NCBI GenBank assembly: GCA_964621755.1
Contig: CAZUPI010000004.1
Coordinates: 10,821 to 74,820 of the forward strand
Direction: 5' to 3'
Origin: an uncultured Ruminococcus sp.
Lineage (GTDB): Bacteria > Bacillota > Clostridia > Oscillospirales > CAG-272
DNA length: 64,000 nt
Shown: piece after piece, positions 36,721 through 45,275 of the stretch
How positions within the stretch are numbered: position 1 is the stretch's first letter
How the letters are laid out: each line of letters opens with the position of its first letter
Translations under genes and position numbers: made by a program
Notes under the pieces: model-generated
Told to the model about the DNA's origin: nothing
Database searches by the model: none
What the model saw: the letters and a program-made list of their open reading frames with translations, nothing else

Positions 36721-37719
36721 ATGAAAAAGACAATATCCATTGTCATGGCAATGCTTCTTGCAGCGGTGACCGCAGTGTCCGCAGGTGCTGCAACATTTAC
36801 CGACTTTGACTCATATGAAAAGTTTGAAGAAGGTGGAAACCCTGTCTACGCCTTCGAGGACCCCGCAGACTACTGGGACGGCGAATGGAGTGGCGGTGGT
36901 GACAATGGCGACGAGCAGACCACAGAAAACCGGGACGGCGTTGGTTTTATGGGTTCAAAGGGTCTGGTAGTATCTTCGTCCGGGACCGCAAACGTAGGTC
37001 TTTATCTGTTCGCAACAGCTGACAATAAGATCCCGACCGACTATACCGGCGCCGCATACCTGCGCGTATGGTGCGATTTTACAAATATTGAATTTAGAAA
37101 AGCTAATTTCGGTGTGACCGACAGTACATACTCTCTGTTTTCAACCGACGAAGTTGATGGGGCATGGGAGTGCAAATTCTTCTACTCAGAAGATGGCGTC
37201 AACTGGAGCGAGTATCTGCACGGCAGTGACGGATGTTTCGGCGACGCACAGGATTCGGCAATCGCAGGCTTAAAGGGATGGTTCGCATTCCCGGTTGCTG
37301 ACTTCACCATTCGCAGCAATGCAAACTGGGAAGCATACGATGAGCTCACACCGGCTAATATAGCAGATGTAAGCGGCGTATACCTGTTCTGGGACTACTC
37401 TGACAACGGTGATTATGCAGGTCAGACATTCGTGCTGGACAATGTTGAATTTGTTGCGGATTACAAGGTATTCGATTACGCAATAACAGACACGGCGGAA
37501 GAAGCAGCTCCTGCAGAAGAAGCGGCTCCCGTTGAGGAAACTCCTGCAGAAGAGGCGGCTCCTGTTGAAGAAGTGGTAGCTCCTGTAGAGGAAGTTGCAG
37601 CTCCCGTTGAGGAAGTAGTAGTTGCAACAGCGCCGCAGACCTTTGACCTCGGCGTTATCGCAGCAATTTCCGCAGTCGTTTCGGCAGCTGGATTTGCAGT
37701 AAGCAAGAAGAGAAAATAA
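36721..37719 (+). CDS. cell-surface protein: signal peptide, jelly-roll/CBM-like domain, acidic Pro-rich repeat linker, C-terminal hydrophobic anchor with KKRK tail
   Basis: AGGAGG RBS before ATG 36721. Signal peptide MKKTISIVMAMLLAAVTAVSAGA. Linker EEAAPAEEAAPVEETPAEEAAPVEEVVAPVEEVAAPVEEVV. The C-terminus reads TAPQTFDLGVIAAISAVVSAAGFAVSKKRK. Confidence 0.7.
   Translation: MKKTISIVMAMLLAAVTAVSAGAATFTDFDSYEKFEEGGNPVYAFEDPADYWDGEWSGGGDNGDEQTTENRDGVGFMGSKGLVVSSSGTANVGLYLFATADNKIPTDYTGAAYLRVWCDFTNIEFRKANFGVTDSTYSLFSTDEVDGAWECKFFYSEDGVNWSEYLHGSDGCFGDAQDSAIAGLKGWFAFPVADFTIRSNANWEAYDELTPANIADVSGVYLFWDYSDNGDYAGQTFVLDNVEFVADYKVFDYAITDTAEEAAPAEEAAPVEETPAEEAAPVEEVVAPVEEVAAPVEEVVVATAPQTFDLGVIAAISAVVSAAGFAVSKKRK
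37498..37626 (+). repeat. imperfect tandem repeat (15-21-nt units, GAAGAAGCGGCTCCYGTT-like) encoding the (E-E-A/V-A-P-V/A)n linker
   Basis: Seven consecutive related units are visible in the DNA: GAAGAAGCAGCTCCTGCA, GAAGAAGCGGCTCCCGTT, GAGGAAACTCCTGCA, GAAGAGGCGGCTCCTGTT, GAAGAAGTGGTAGCTCCTGTA, GAGGAAGTTGCAGCTCCCGTT, GAGGAAGTAGTAGTT. Confidence 0.8.
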
Positions 37720-37843
37720 AAAAACAAAACACAATGTGTGACTCTGCCGCAGCTTTTTTATCCCTCGTATTCCGCGCCCTAGGTGAGATGGCGGCGGTCT
37801 GCTTAAATATAGCCCAAAATTTATCTTAACGTGAATTGGAGAT

Positions 37844-37875
37844 GGGGAGATGCTGTTTGAGAAAAGCATCTCCCC
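37844..37875. repeat. palindromic hairpin (family member R7)
   Basis: GGGGAGATGCTGTTTGAGAAAAGCATCTCCCC, with an 11-bp perfect outer stem. Confidence 0.75.
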
Positions 37876-37915
37876 GAGCTATTTTATAAACTCAACCCTC
37901 CGCGATGGCGGGGGG

Positions 37916-37944
37916 TTGACAAATCCGTAAGACTGTGGTATAAT
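37916..37944 (+). promoter_or_regulatory. consensus sigma-A promoter with extended -10 (TTGACA-17-TGG-TATAAT) in front of the lysis-type cassette
   Basis: TTGACA at 37916-37921, a 17-nt spacer ending in TGG, and TATAAT at 37939-37944. Confidence 0.65.
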
Positions 37945-38019
37945 GCACCCGATATTTCGTGAACAGATGGGCTTATTAATCATTTGTGGAGAGTTGAATC
38001 AAAAGAGAGGGGGCACCGG

Positions 38020-38217
38020 ATGAGTTACATAACAGAAATCATCATCGCGCTGCTGGCGCTCATTGGGACGATAATCGGAAGCTTTTCCGGCTTCCGGCTG
38101 ACCGCATACCGGGTCGAGCAGCTGGAGAAAAAGGTCGAGATGCACAACAATTTTGCGGCGAAAATCCCGCTCATTGAGGCGCGTGTCGAAAGGCTTGAGA
38201 AAAAGAAGGAGGAATGA
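38020..38217 (+). CDS. small N-terminally anchored coiled-coil membrane protein (BhlA/UviB- or XhlA-like holin accessory type)
   Basis: 65 aa. One TM (MSYITEIIIALLALIGTIIGSFSGF) is followed by a charged helix RVEQLEKKVEMHNNFAAKIPLIEARVERLEKKKEE. The stop lies 1 nt before the next start. Family assignment rests on architecture only. Confidence 0.5.
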   Translation: MSYITEIIIALLALIGTIIGSFSGFRLTAYRVEQLEKKVEMHNNFAAKIPLIEARVERLEKKKEE

Positions 38218-38218
38218 C

Positions 38219-38779
38219 GTGCTGCCGTATCAAGGGGGGACTGTGATGGTGACGAGCCCGTTCGGTTGGCGGACGCTGAACGGAGAGCGGGAATATCACA
38301 AGGGGATTGACCTTGTGGGGACGAACAAGAACATCGTTGCGGTGGAGGGCGGTGTGGTCGGCGTATCGACGATATTCGAACAGGCGACTGACACCACGCT
38401 GACATGGCAATGGGGGAATTACGTCCGCATTGACACAGACAGTGGGCTCAAAATGTACTACTGCCATATGTCGAAGCGCATTGCGGTTGTGGGACAGCGT
38501 GTAAAAGCGGGGGACATCCTCGGCGTGGAGGGGAACACCGGCTACAGCTTGGGTTCGCACTGCCACTTTGAGGTGCGGAATAATGCCGGAGTGTCCCTTG
38601 ACCCGTCTCCTTATTTGGGAATTCCGAACGCAGTGGGAAGTTATCCAGTACAAGTGACGCCGGACTATGCGGCGCTGGTATGCGGGAAATGCGGTCTGGA
38701 GGAGCAGACGAAGGCGTACTTGAATGAGTACACGTATGCGTCCGACTTATGGAGGAAGTTATGGGAAGCAATGCAGTGA
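38219..38779 (+). CDS. M23 family metallopeptidase (candidate endolysin/peptidoglycan endopeptidase)
   Basis: AAGGAGG RBS lies 6 nt before GTG 38219. HxxxD motif EYHKGIDLVG and HxH motif GYSLGSHCHFEVR. No signal peptide and no wall-binding domain. Confidence 0.8.
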   Translation: MLPYQGGTVMVTSPFGWRTLNGEREYHKGIDLVGTNKNIVAVEGGVVGVSTIFEQATDTTLTWQWGNYVRIDTDSGLKMYYCHMSKRIAVVGQRVKAGDILGVEGNTGYSLGSHCHFEVRNNAGVSLDPSPYLGIPNAVGSYPVQVTPDYAALVCGKCGLEEQTKAYLNEYTYASDLWRKLWEAMQ

Positions 38780-38807
38780 AAGAGAACGAAGTTGAGGAGG
38801 ATTTATT

Positions 38808-39044
38808 ATGAAAATCGATTGGAAGCAGAAGCTAATGAGCCGCAAGCTGTGGGCTGCGGTGGTGGGAATCATTGTAGGACTTGCGGCGGCGTTCGGGATT
38901 CAGGAGAATGATTACGCGCAGGTCGCCGGGGTTGTGACGTCGGTGATGTCAGTCCTCGGGTACATCTTCGGCGAGGCGGCCGTGGACAAGGCAAGGCTCG
39001 AAAGCGGAAGCAGCGACTCAAGCACAAATCAGACTGAAGGGTAA
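38808..39044 (+). CDS. phage-type holin-like protein (two TM helices, charged/polar tail)
   Basis: GAGGAGG RBS. 78 aa. The sequence SRKLWAAVVGIIVGLAAAFGI ... VAGVVTSVMSVLGYIFGEAAV is followed by a hydrophilic tail. It sits directly after the peptidase. Confidence 0.6.
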   Translation: MKIDWKQKLMSRKLWAAVVGIIVGLAAAFGIQENDYAQVAGVVTSVMSVLGYIFGEAAVDKARLESGSSDSSTNQTEG

Positions 39045-39050
39045 ACAAAA

Positions 39051-39093
39051 CCGCCCGTTTGACCCTTTCGTCAGGCGGGCGGGAGATTTTTGT
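39051..39093 (+). terminator. rho-independent terminator after the holin-like gene
   Basis: CCGCCCG..TGAC-CCTTTC-GTCA..CGGGCGG followed by GAGATTTTTGTT. Confidence 0.6.
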
Positions 39094-39108
39094 TCACGAA
39101 AAAGATTT

Positions 39109-39147
39109 GGGGAAACTGGGATTTGCTTTGTAAATCCCAGTTTCCCC
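39109..39147. repeat. palindromic hairpin (family-like, R8)
   Basis: GGGGAAACTGGGATTT-GCTTTGT-AAATCCCAGTTTCCCC, a perfect 16-bp stem, 17 nt from the tRNA-Leu 3' end. Confidence 0.8.
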
Positions 39148-39163
39148 AAATTCACAATTATTC

Positions 39164-39247
39164 TGCCGGTAGCGGGGGTCGAACCCGCACGCTGTTGCCA
39201 GCAGCGGATTTTGAGTCCGCCTCGTCTGCCAATTCCAACATACCGGC
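39164..39247 (-). tRNA. tRNA-Leu (anticodon CAA)
   Basis: Minus strand reads GCCGGTATGTTGGAATTGGCAGACGAGGCGGACTCAAAATCCGCTGCTGGCAACAGCGTGCGGGTTCGACCCCCGCTACCGGCA. It has a long variable arm, anticodon loop CTCAAAA and acceptor GCCGGTA/TACCGGC. Confidence 0.9.
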
Positions 39248-39259
39248 TCATGCCACGTT

Positions 39260-39288
39260 ATTATATCATATTGACTGCCAAATTGCAA
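39260..39288 (-). promoter_or_regulatory. sigma-A type promoter for tRNA-Leu (TTGCAA-17-TGA-TATAAT)
   Basis: Minus strand reads TTGCAA (39288-39283), a 17-nt spacer ending in TGA, then TATAAT (39265-39260). Confidence 0.55.
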
Positions 39289-39335
39289 TAGCCTGCAAAA
39301 AAAATTCGTGCAAACATCGCATAATTTTTCATGAG

Positions 39336-39360
39336 CCCCCTCCAAACGCTTTGGAGGGGG
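39336..39360. repeat. palindromic hairpin (R9) after the carD-like gene
   Basis: CCCCCTCCAAA-CGC-TTTGGAGGGGG, a perfect 11-bp stem, 30 nt from the stop at 39390. Confidence 0.75.
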
Positions 39361-39389
39361 ATTGAAACAGTCCTCATATCGGCAAGCAG

Positions 39390-39899
39390 CTACTGCGCTA
39401 ATTTTCCCAACTCTCCCGCTATGTAGCCGTCCACTTCGTCTACCTTGATTCCAAGAACATATGCGATTTCTTCATGAAGCATCCGCTCTGCATCGTTGAA
39501 TAGCTTTTCATCCGTTATGTGGAGTCTTTTCTTCTTCTGACGCAGCGCCTCACGGCGGTTGTGCAGGGTCTTCAAAACCGATGCCATCTTCTCAGGCTCC
39601 CCATTTTGCAGAATTTCATTGTACGCGCTGCGGCGGCGGTTGTCATCTTCAATCCATTCCGATTCCGTCTCCGGGAAGGAGCGAATCAACATGGACACTT
39701 CTTCGCCCGTCATTACCGGACGCATCCTGCCGCACAGAGTGCTGTTGTCCAACGGTACGAAAATGGTCGATGAGCTGTCGTAAACCGGATTCAGAATATA
39801 GTAGTCGCTCGGGTCAGAGTTGAAGCTGTGCCTTTCGATTGCGGAAATGCGGCACACGCCATTGGTCCCATACAATACGGTATCGTTCACTTTATACAT
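39390..39899 (-). CDS. CarD/CdnL-family transcriptional regulator-like protein
   Basis: Start moved to ATG 39899. The N-terminal Tudor-like CarD_CdnL_TRCF block reads MYKVNDTVLYGTNGVCRISAIE...YYILNPVYD..STIFVPLDN. The C-terminal region is helical. Confidence 0.7.
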   Translation of the reverse strand: MYKVNDTVLYGTNGVCRISAIERHSFNSDPSDYYILNPVYDSSSTIFVPLDNSTLCGRMRPVMTGEEVSMLIRSFPETESEWIEDDNRRRSAYNEILQNGEPEKMASVLKTLHNRREALRQKKKRLHITDEKLFNDAERMLHEEIAYVLGIKVDEVDGYIAGELGKLAQ

Positions 39900-40148
39900 A
39901 ATATAATCCCCATGTTCCGGAAAACCGGAACTCATACACGGGAGAAACTTGTATAGTACTCCCGATTTTACCTTTCTTTTTCTTACATTATTATAATACC
40001 ACAAACCGACCATAAAAATCAAATGGTAATGTTTAACAAAATTTTGACGAATAACAGGGGATGCCTACAAGTGAATTTGTATAAAATGACGTAAGTTCTC
40101 AGGGAAAACGTAAAAGTTTTCCTGAACCCCATCAAAAAACGTTGGACT

Positions 40149-40184
40149 AAAAAAAGAAAACCGCCTGAGCGATTGCCCAGACGG
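40149..40184 (-). terminator. rho-independent terminator after tRNA-Gln
   Basis: Minus strand reads CCGTCTG-GGCAATCGCT-CAGGCGG followed by TTTTCTTTTTTT. Confidence 0.65.
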
Positions 40185-40196
40185 GATATCTTTTTA

Positions 40197-40267
40197 CAGC
40201 GGTACAGGGATTCGAACCCCGACATACAGAGTCAGAGTCTGCTGTGCTACCTTTACACAATACCGCT
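40197..40267 (-). tRNA. tRNA-Gln (anticodon CTG)
   Basis: Hand-folded as AGCGGTA TT GTGT AAAGGTA GCAC A GCAGA CTCTGAC TCTGT ATGT CGGGG TTCGAAT CCCTG TACCGCT G. 71 nt, with a few G-U pairs. Confidence 0.8.
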
Positions 40268-40315
40268 ATCTCCAAGAGGGGACTGCTTGTACAGCCGTTC
40301 TCGTTGACGATCATT

Positions 40316-40344
40316 ATTATACCACTGCCGTCCTCATTTGTCAA
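40316..40344 (-). promoter_or_regulatory. consensus sigma-A promoter for tRNA-Gln (TTGACA-17-TGG-TATAAT)
   Basis: Minus strand reads TTGACA (40344-40339), a 17-nt spacer ending in TGG, then TATAAT (40321-40316). Confidence 0.6.
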
Positions 40345-40430
40345 TACTTTTTTTGAAAAAATTCAAAAAATCGGCCGGTTTCTCAAAGCGGCAATCCCAC
40401 CCTATATGAAAAGTTTTTAGGAGGTTTTAG

Positions 40431-40453
40431 GGGGGATTTTTGAAAAATCCCCC
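40431..40453. repeat. palindromic hairpin (family member R10) after ftsH
   Basis: GGGGGATTTTT-G-AAAAATCCCCC, perfect, 12 nt from the ftsH stop. It is flanked by the AAAAGTTTTTAGGAGG half-site at 40409-40425. Confidence 0.8.
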
Positions 40454-40464
40454 TCACGGTTCTC

Positions 40465-42495
40465 TTATTTGTGTTCCTCATCCTTCGGCGGGAACTGGTC
40501 ACGGTGCTTTTCGTGTGCTTCGGCACGGGCGCGCTCTTCTTCGCGCTGCTTTTCAAGCTCCGCAATGTGGCGTGCATGCGCTTCGTTTTCCTCACGGCTG
40601 CGGCGGCGCTTTTCAGCTACCATTTCCTCCAGGTCCTCAATGGTCACGTCAGGCTCGTTCATGGCGCGCACGAACTGCTCTTCTTCCATGATTTCGTTCT
40701 TCATCAGGTACGACGCTACAAAGTGCAGACGGTCGAGGTTCGTCTCAAGAATCGCCTTCGCGTCGGCGTATGCCTTCATGACAATATCCTTGACCTCGCT
40801 GTCGATGATGGAAGCGGTCTCCTCCGAGTAGTTCTTCGTCTGGTTGAAGTCGCGTCCGAGGAAGATCTCGTCGCTCGACGACTCGCTGCCATACAGAATC
40901 GGCCCCAGCTTCTCCGACATACCGTATTTTGTCACCATCTGCCGCGCAATACTGGACGCGCGCTGGATGTCGTTTGATGCACCTGTTGAGATGTCCCCCA
41001 GAATGATCTGCTCGGACACACGACCGCCGAGAAGGGTCACGATCTCATTTTCCATCATGCCGCGGGACATATAGGATTTATCCTCCTTCGGGAACGAGAG
41101 GGTGTAACCGCCCGCACGTCCGCTGGGGATAATCGAGATCTGATGCACCGGCTCGTCTGGCTGACGAACCCACGTTGTGATGGCATGACCTGCCTCGTGG
41201 TATGCGGTCAGCTTCTTTTCCGCCTCGCTGATAACGCGCGACTTCTTCGCCGGTCCCACGATAACCTTAATCATCGCTTCCTCAAGGTCGGTCATGCCGA
41301 TGAGATGCTTGCCTTTGCGTGCTGCGAGAAGAGCTGCCTCATTCAGAAGGTTGGCAAGCTCAGCGCCTGTGAAGCCGACCGTCGTCTTTGCAATTACGGA
41401 GAGGTCAACGTCTGCTTCAAAGGGCTTGTTTTTGGAGTGAACCTTCAGAATATCTTCACGCCCCTTTACGTCAGGCGCGTTCATGGTGATTTGACGGTCG
41501 AAACGTCCCGGACGGAGAAGAGCAGGGTCGAGAATGTCGGGGCGGTTGGTAGCCGCCATGACAATAACGCCCTCGCTGGAGCCGAAACCGTCCATTTCTA
41601 CGAGAATCTGGTTCAGCGTCTGCTCGCGTTCGTCGTGACCGCCGCCCAGTCCTGCTCCGCGGTGACGGCCCACTGCGTCGATTTCATCGATGAAAATGAT
41701 AGCGGCGGGATTTTTCTTCGCGGTATCGAACAGGTCGCGCACACGGGATGCGCCGACGCCGACGTACATTTCGACAAAGTCGGAACCGGAAATGGAGTAG
41801 AACGGAACCCCGGCCTCTCCGGCTACCGCCTTTGCGATAAGGGTCTTACCGGTACCGGGAGGTCCCACCAGCAGAACGCCGTGTGGAATCTTCGCGCCAA
41901 GCTTGGTGAAGTATTCGGGATTGCGCAGGAATTCGACGATTTCCTCCAGCTCCGCCTTTTCTTCATCCGCGCCGGCGACATCTTTAAAGTAAACTTTCGC
42001 TTTGTCGGCGGTGATGAGCTTTGCTTTCGCACGGCCCACCGAATTGATTTTGGAACCCTTGCCGCCTGTGGCCTGGTTCATTACGAACATCCACATAGCA
42101 ATAAGGAGAACGATGACAATGACATAGGGAATGAGGGAAACCCACCACGGGATGTTGTACGGCGGCGGATAGTCGTATGCCGTGATAATGCCCGCTTCGT
42201 GCTGCTCCTCAATGAGCGCGCCGAGGTCATTGATAAACAGGCTGATATCGCGCAGCTGATATGTGACAAAGGCTTCGCCCTCCGTCCCATCCGTGAGAGT
42301 CGCCCGAACAACCATCGTCAGATTATTGTCTTCATCGACCTCGAATTCCTTGACCCGTTCGTTTTTGAAAAGGTCGACAACTTCGCTGTAGATGAGTTTG
42401 TCTTCCGGAATCGAGCTCCAAAGGGAAGCTGTGGCGATAAGAATAATCCCGACAAGAACAATGTAAAATATAGCTATTTTAAAGCCGTTCTTCAT
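40465..42495 (-). CDS. ftsH: ATP-dependent zinc metalloprotease FtsH
   Basis: 676 aa. Two N-terminal TM segments, Walker A GPPGTGKT, Walker [12 protein letters not shown] region and zinc motif HEAGHA. Confidence 0.97.
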   Translation of the reverse strand: MKNGFKIAIFYIVLVGIILIATASLWSSIPEDKLIYSEVVDLFKNERVKEFEVDEDNNLTMVVRATLTDGTEGEAFVTYQLRDISLFINDLGALIEEQHEAGIITAYDYPPPYNIPWWVSLIPYVIVIVLLIAMWMFVMNQATGGKGSKINSVGRAKAKLITADKAKVYFKDVAGADEEKAELEEIVEFLRNPEYFTKLGAKIPHGVLLVGPPGTGKTLIAKAVAGEAGVPFYSISGSDFVEMYVGVGASRVRDLFDTAKKNPAAIIFIDEIDAVGRHRGAGLGGGHDEREQTLNQILVEMDGFGSSEGVIVMAATNRPDILDPALLRPGRFDRQITMNAPDVKGREDILKVHSKNKPFEADVDLSVIAKTTVGFTGAELANLLNEAALLAARKGKHLIGMTDLEEAMIKVIVGPAKKSRVISEAEKKLTAYHEAGHAITTWVRQPDEPVHQISIIPSGRAGGYTLSFPKEDKSYMSRGMMENEIVTLLGGRVSEQIILGDISTGASNDIQRASSIARQMVTKYGMSEKLGPILYGSESSSDEIFLGRDFNQTKNYSEETASIIDSEVKDIVMKAYADAKAILETNLDRLHFVASYLMKNEIMEEEQFVRAMNEPDVTIEDLEEMVAEKRRRSREENEAHARHIAELEKQREEERARAEAHEKHRDQFPPKDEEHK

Positions 42496-42529
42496 TATCC
42501 GGTCCTTTCTTGAGTGAATGATTTATATA

Positions 42530-42585
42530 GGGGCTTTGCCCCAAATCCCGATGGAGAGGTTTCAGCATTGCGGAAAACTTTCCGC
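42530..42585. repeat. pair of short palindromic hairpins after hpt (R11)
   Basis: GGGGC-TTT-GCCCC at 42530-42542 and GCGGAAA-AC-TTTCCGC at 42570-42585, followed by the CCAAAAATCTTTTCAAA half-site. Confidence 0.6.
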
Positions 42586-42639
42586 ACTTCCAAAAATCTT
42601 TTCAAACGGGTGCAATTTCTCGCTGGATGAAAGTGCCTG

Positions 42640-43221
42640 TCATCCCTTTTTCTCGTAGACCTCCGGCTTCAGAACCCCGACAAAGGGAAGCGCACGGTAT
42701 TTTTCCGCAAAGTCTAGCCCATAGCCCACTACGAATTCGTCTGGAATGACGCAGCCCACGTAATCGGGCGTGAAGTCCCGGAGTTCGGGATCACGGCGTT
42801 CGGGCTTGTCAAGAAGGGTGCAGGTCTTTACCGAATGCGCACCGTTCAGCTTGAGGTAATCGACAAGATAGGAGAGCGTGTGCCCGCTGTCGATGATGTC
42901 TTCCACGATGACAATGTCGCATTCAGACAGGTCGCTGCGGTGAAGGTCGAGCAGGATGTTGATTTTCCCGGTCGATATGGTGCCGCCTACGTAGGAAGAC
43001 ACCTTCATAAAGTCGATCTCGACCGGAAGGGTTACCTTTTTCATCAGGTCTCCCATGAAGACGACGCTTCCTTTGAGGATGCAGAGCAAGAGCAGACGTG
43101 TGTCGGAATTCTGGTAATCTCGGTCGATTTCTGACGCGATTCTGGTGGTAATAGCATCAATTTCTTCCTGTGATACAAGAATTTTCTCAATATCCTTGCT
43201 CAGTGCGGATGTGTATGGCAT
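42640..43221 (-). CDS. hpt: hypoxanthine phosphoribosyltransferase
   Basis: GGAGG RBS before ATG 43221. PRPP-binding motif IVIVEDIIDSGHTLS. The conserved tilS-hpt-ftsH order is present. Confidence 0.9.
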   Translation of the reverse strand: MPYTSALSKDIEKILVSQEEIDAITTRIASEIDRDYQNSDTRLLLLCILKGSVVFMGDLMKKVTLPVEIDFMKVSSYVGGTISTGKINILLDLHRSDLSECDIVIVEDIIDSGHTLSYLVDYLKLNGAHSVKTCTLLDKPERRDPELRDFTPDYVGCVIPDEFVVGYGLDFAEKYRALPFVGVLKPEVYEKKG

Positions 43222-43274
43222 GAAAATTTCCTCCAATGTTAAGCTGGTATTGTATGGATATATAGAAGATTGGA

Positions 43275-44699
43275 CTACATTTTGAAGTAACACGTGATGT
43301 ACAGGCGGGGACCCGTATCCTTTTTGATGGGAGACACCCCGTCCTTGGGCGGAAATCCCGGAATCCAGATGATTTCTTCCCCGTCGCACAGCAGGGGAAG
43401 GCTGGATTTTTCATCCGCGGTCAGCTTTTTGTCGATGAATAGCTTTTTCACCTTCCGTTTCATGCCGCCGTAGAGATATACATCGCCTGGACGCCTGTAT
43501 CGAATCTGCAATGTATTTATTATTTTATCAAAACAGAAAGTCTTGCATATAAAGAATTTGTAAATATTTTCATTTATTTGCGAGGTTGTTTCCTGTTCAC
43601 TGTGTGAAAATTTGATGATATACCGCTGATTCTCAAAAATATCACCGTCCGCGGGATAGGAGAACGCGGGCCTTCCGTCGTCGACCGTCTCGTCGTGCGG
43701 CAGGTCTTCGCCATCTGCGAACCGGACCGTATGCCGGTCCATAGCAAAGGTTATCTTGCCCGGCAGAGAGCGCGTGGTTTGGGACGCGTCGGAGGTGACC
43801 GCCCGGAGAATTTCGCGGATATGCACTTCTTCTATTGAGGCGCTGCCGTCCTTGGCATGGAGCGCGTTGTCATACAGGAGACGCGCCACGCGGGAGCCAA
43901 TCGCCGGAGAAAGCCCCGCGAGAACTTTGCGTGACAGCGACGTTTCCTCGCCCTGCACATAGCGCCCGGCTTCCCCTGCAAGGTATTCGTCGTCCTGACG
44001 GAGCAGCGTGGTCAGACGGAGGGCGGAGCGCTGCGGACTCTCGCAGATTTTTTCCATCTGCGGGACGATGTTGTGCCGGATGAAGTTCCGTGTATAATCG
44101 GTATCCGCATTGGTTGCATCGGTTACGTACGACACATGGTTTTCTGTGCACCATTGGCGTATTGTACTGCCGCTGTCGCAGAGGAGGGGACGCACATAGC
44201 GGCCGTCGCGTATGGGGTCGATGCCGGACAGACCGTGGGTCCCGCTTCCGCGGAGAAGATGAAAAATCACGGTCTCAAGATTGTCGTCGGCATTGTGAGC
44301 GGTTGCCACAACCGCTAAGTCAGGATTTCCGGTGAGCTCCTTTGAAACTTTGTCAAAAAACGAGTACCGGACGAGGCGCGCCGTTTCCTCAAGCCCGCGT
44401 CCCGACTCCCGCGAGAGCTTTGGAACGTCCTCGCGCAGCACAAAAATAGGAATCCCCAGCTCTTCGCAGGTCTCGCGGCAGAAGGCTTCATCGCGCATGG
44501 CGTCCTCGCCGCGTATCATATGATTCACATGCGCCGCCGCAAGGGATACGCCGTGTGCCGCGCACCACTGCTTCAAAAAGCGGAGCAGGCAGGAGGAATC
44601 CGCGCCGCCGGAGTACGCCGCAATGACAAATCCGGCCCGCAGCATGGGCTTATCGAGATGAAAGCGGGAGATTGTGTCGTCAAAATTCAGGCTGCTCAT
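43275..44699 (-). CDS. tilS: tRNA(Ile)-lysidine synthase
   Basis: PP-loop motif AAYSGGADSSCLL plus a C-terminal TilS substrate-binding region. The start is uncertain: ATG 44699 is chosen, with in-frame ATGs also at 44747 and 44759. Confidence 0.85.
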   Translation of the reverse strand: MSSLNFDDTISRFHLDKPMLRAGFVIAAYSGGADSSCLLRFLKQWCAAHGVSLAAAHVNHMIRGEDAMRDEAFCRETCEELGIPIFVLREDVPKLSRESGRGLEETARLVRYSFFDKVSKELTGNPDLAVVATAHNADDNLETVIFHLLRGSGTHGLSGIDPIRDGRYVRPLLCDSGSTIRQWCTENHVSYVTDATNADTDYTRNFIRHNIVPQMEKICESPQRSALRLTTLLRQDDEYLAGEAGRYVQGEETSLSRKVLAGLSPAIGSRVARLLYDNALHAKDGSASIEEVHIREILRAVTSDASQTTRSLPGKITFAMDRHTVRFADGEDLPHDETVDDGRPAFSYPADGDIFENQRYIIKFSHSEQETTSQINENIYKFFICKTFCFDKIINTLQIRYRRPGDVYLYGGMKRKVKKLFIDKKLTADEKSSLPLLCDGEEIIWIPGFPPKDGVSPIKKDTGPRLYITCYFKM

Positions 44700-44748
44700 C
44701 AAAAGGTTACACTCCCCCAATCGATAGTTTTGGCAAGTTTCGTTCATA

Positions 44749-44985
44749 TCATACAGCATCTGCGGCAGCTTTAAAGGAAAGAATGCCGCACGCCAGATAG
44801 AAGAGAATCCCCGCAAAGATGTATTCTGCCATTTCAGGAAAACTATGGTACAGCCGCATAGCGGACGCAGGGTTCTCCGCCATGTGCAGGACGGCGCGAA
44901 GCAGGTACACGCATCCGCAGAACATCAGCAGCATCAGCACGCGCGTCAGATTATAGAAAATAAATTCGTATGATTTTCTTGACAT
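44749..44985 (-). CDS. small membrane protein of unknown function
   Basis: 78 aa from ATG 44985 (AAGGCGGAA upstream). Two predicted TM helices (VLMLLMFCGCVYLL, YIFAGILFYLACGILSF). No recognisable family. Confidence 0.4.
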   Translation of the reverse strand: MSRKSYEFIFYNLTRVLMLLMFCGCVYLLRAVLHMAENPASAMRLYHSFPEMAEYIFAGILFYLACGILSFKAAADAV

Positions 44986-45168
44986 CGGTTCCGCCTTATT
45001 TATCAAACATTCTACAATAATTATACAATAACCGCATACACGGGTCAACCGGTAATGTAAGGCAGGAACAGCTTTCTATATTATACTACACTCGCGCTAT
45101 ATTTTGCAAGCATTCGAAGAAAAAAATACCAAGTGAAAAGAATCTGTATATACTTTTGCAAATAACGC

Positions 45169-45197
45169 TTGACAAAGAAGGGATATTAAGGTAAAAT
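45169..45197 (+). promoter_or_regulatory. sigma-A type promoter (TTGACA-17-TAAAAT)
   Basis: TTGACA at 45169-45174, a 17-nt spacer, and TAAAAT at 45192-45197. Confidence 0.55.
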
Positions 45198-45275
45198 GGA
45201 CACAACCTATCAGAACATTTTGTCCGTTGACACTCAGAACAGCGGATTTACAATAGAAAGGCAGGTACATACGTA

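Noticed and set aside
36553-40464. Calling the region around the lysis cassette a prophage or integrative element
   Set aside because: Only three lysis-type genes are present. There is no integrase, repressor, portal, capsid or tail gene, and no direct repeat of the tRNA-Leu 3' end that I could find. It is reported only as an orphan cassette.
40469-42513. Several plus-strand ORFs (120-456 aa) opposite ftsH
   Set aside because: They are shadow ORFs of a highly conserved gene, as FtsH motifs are all on the minus strand.
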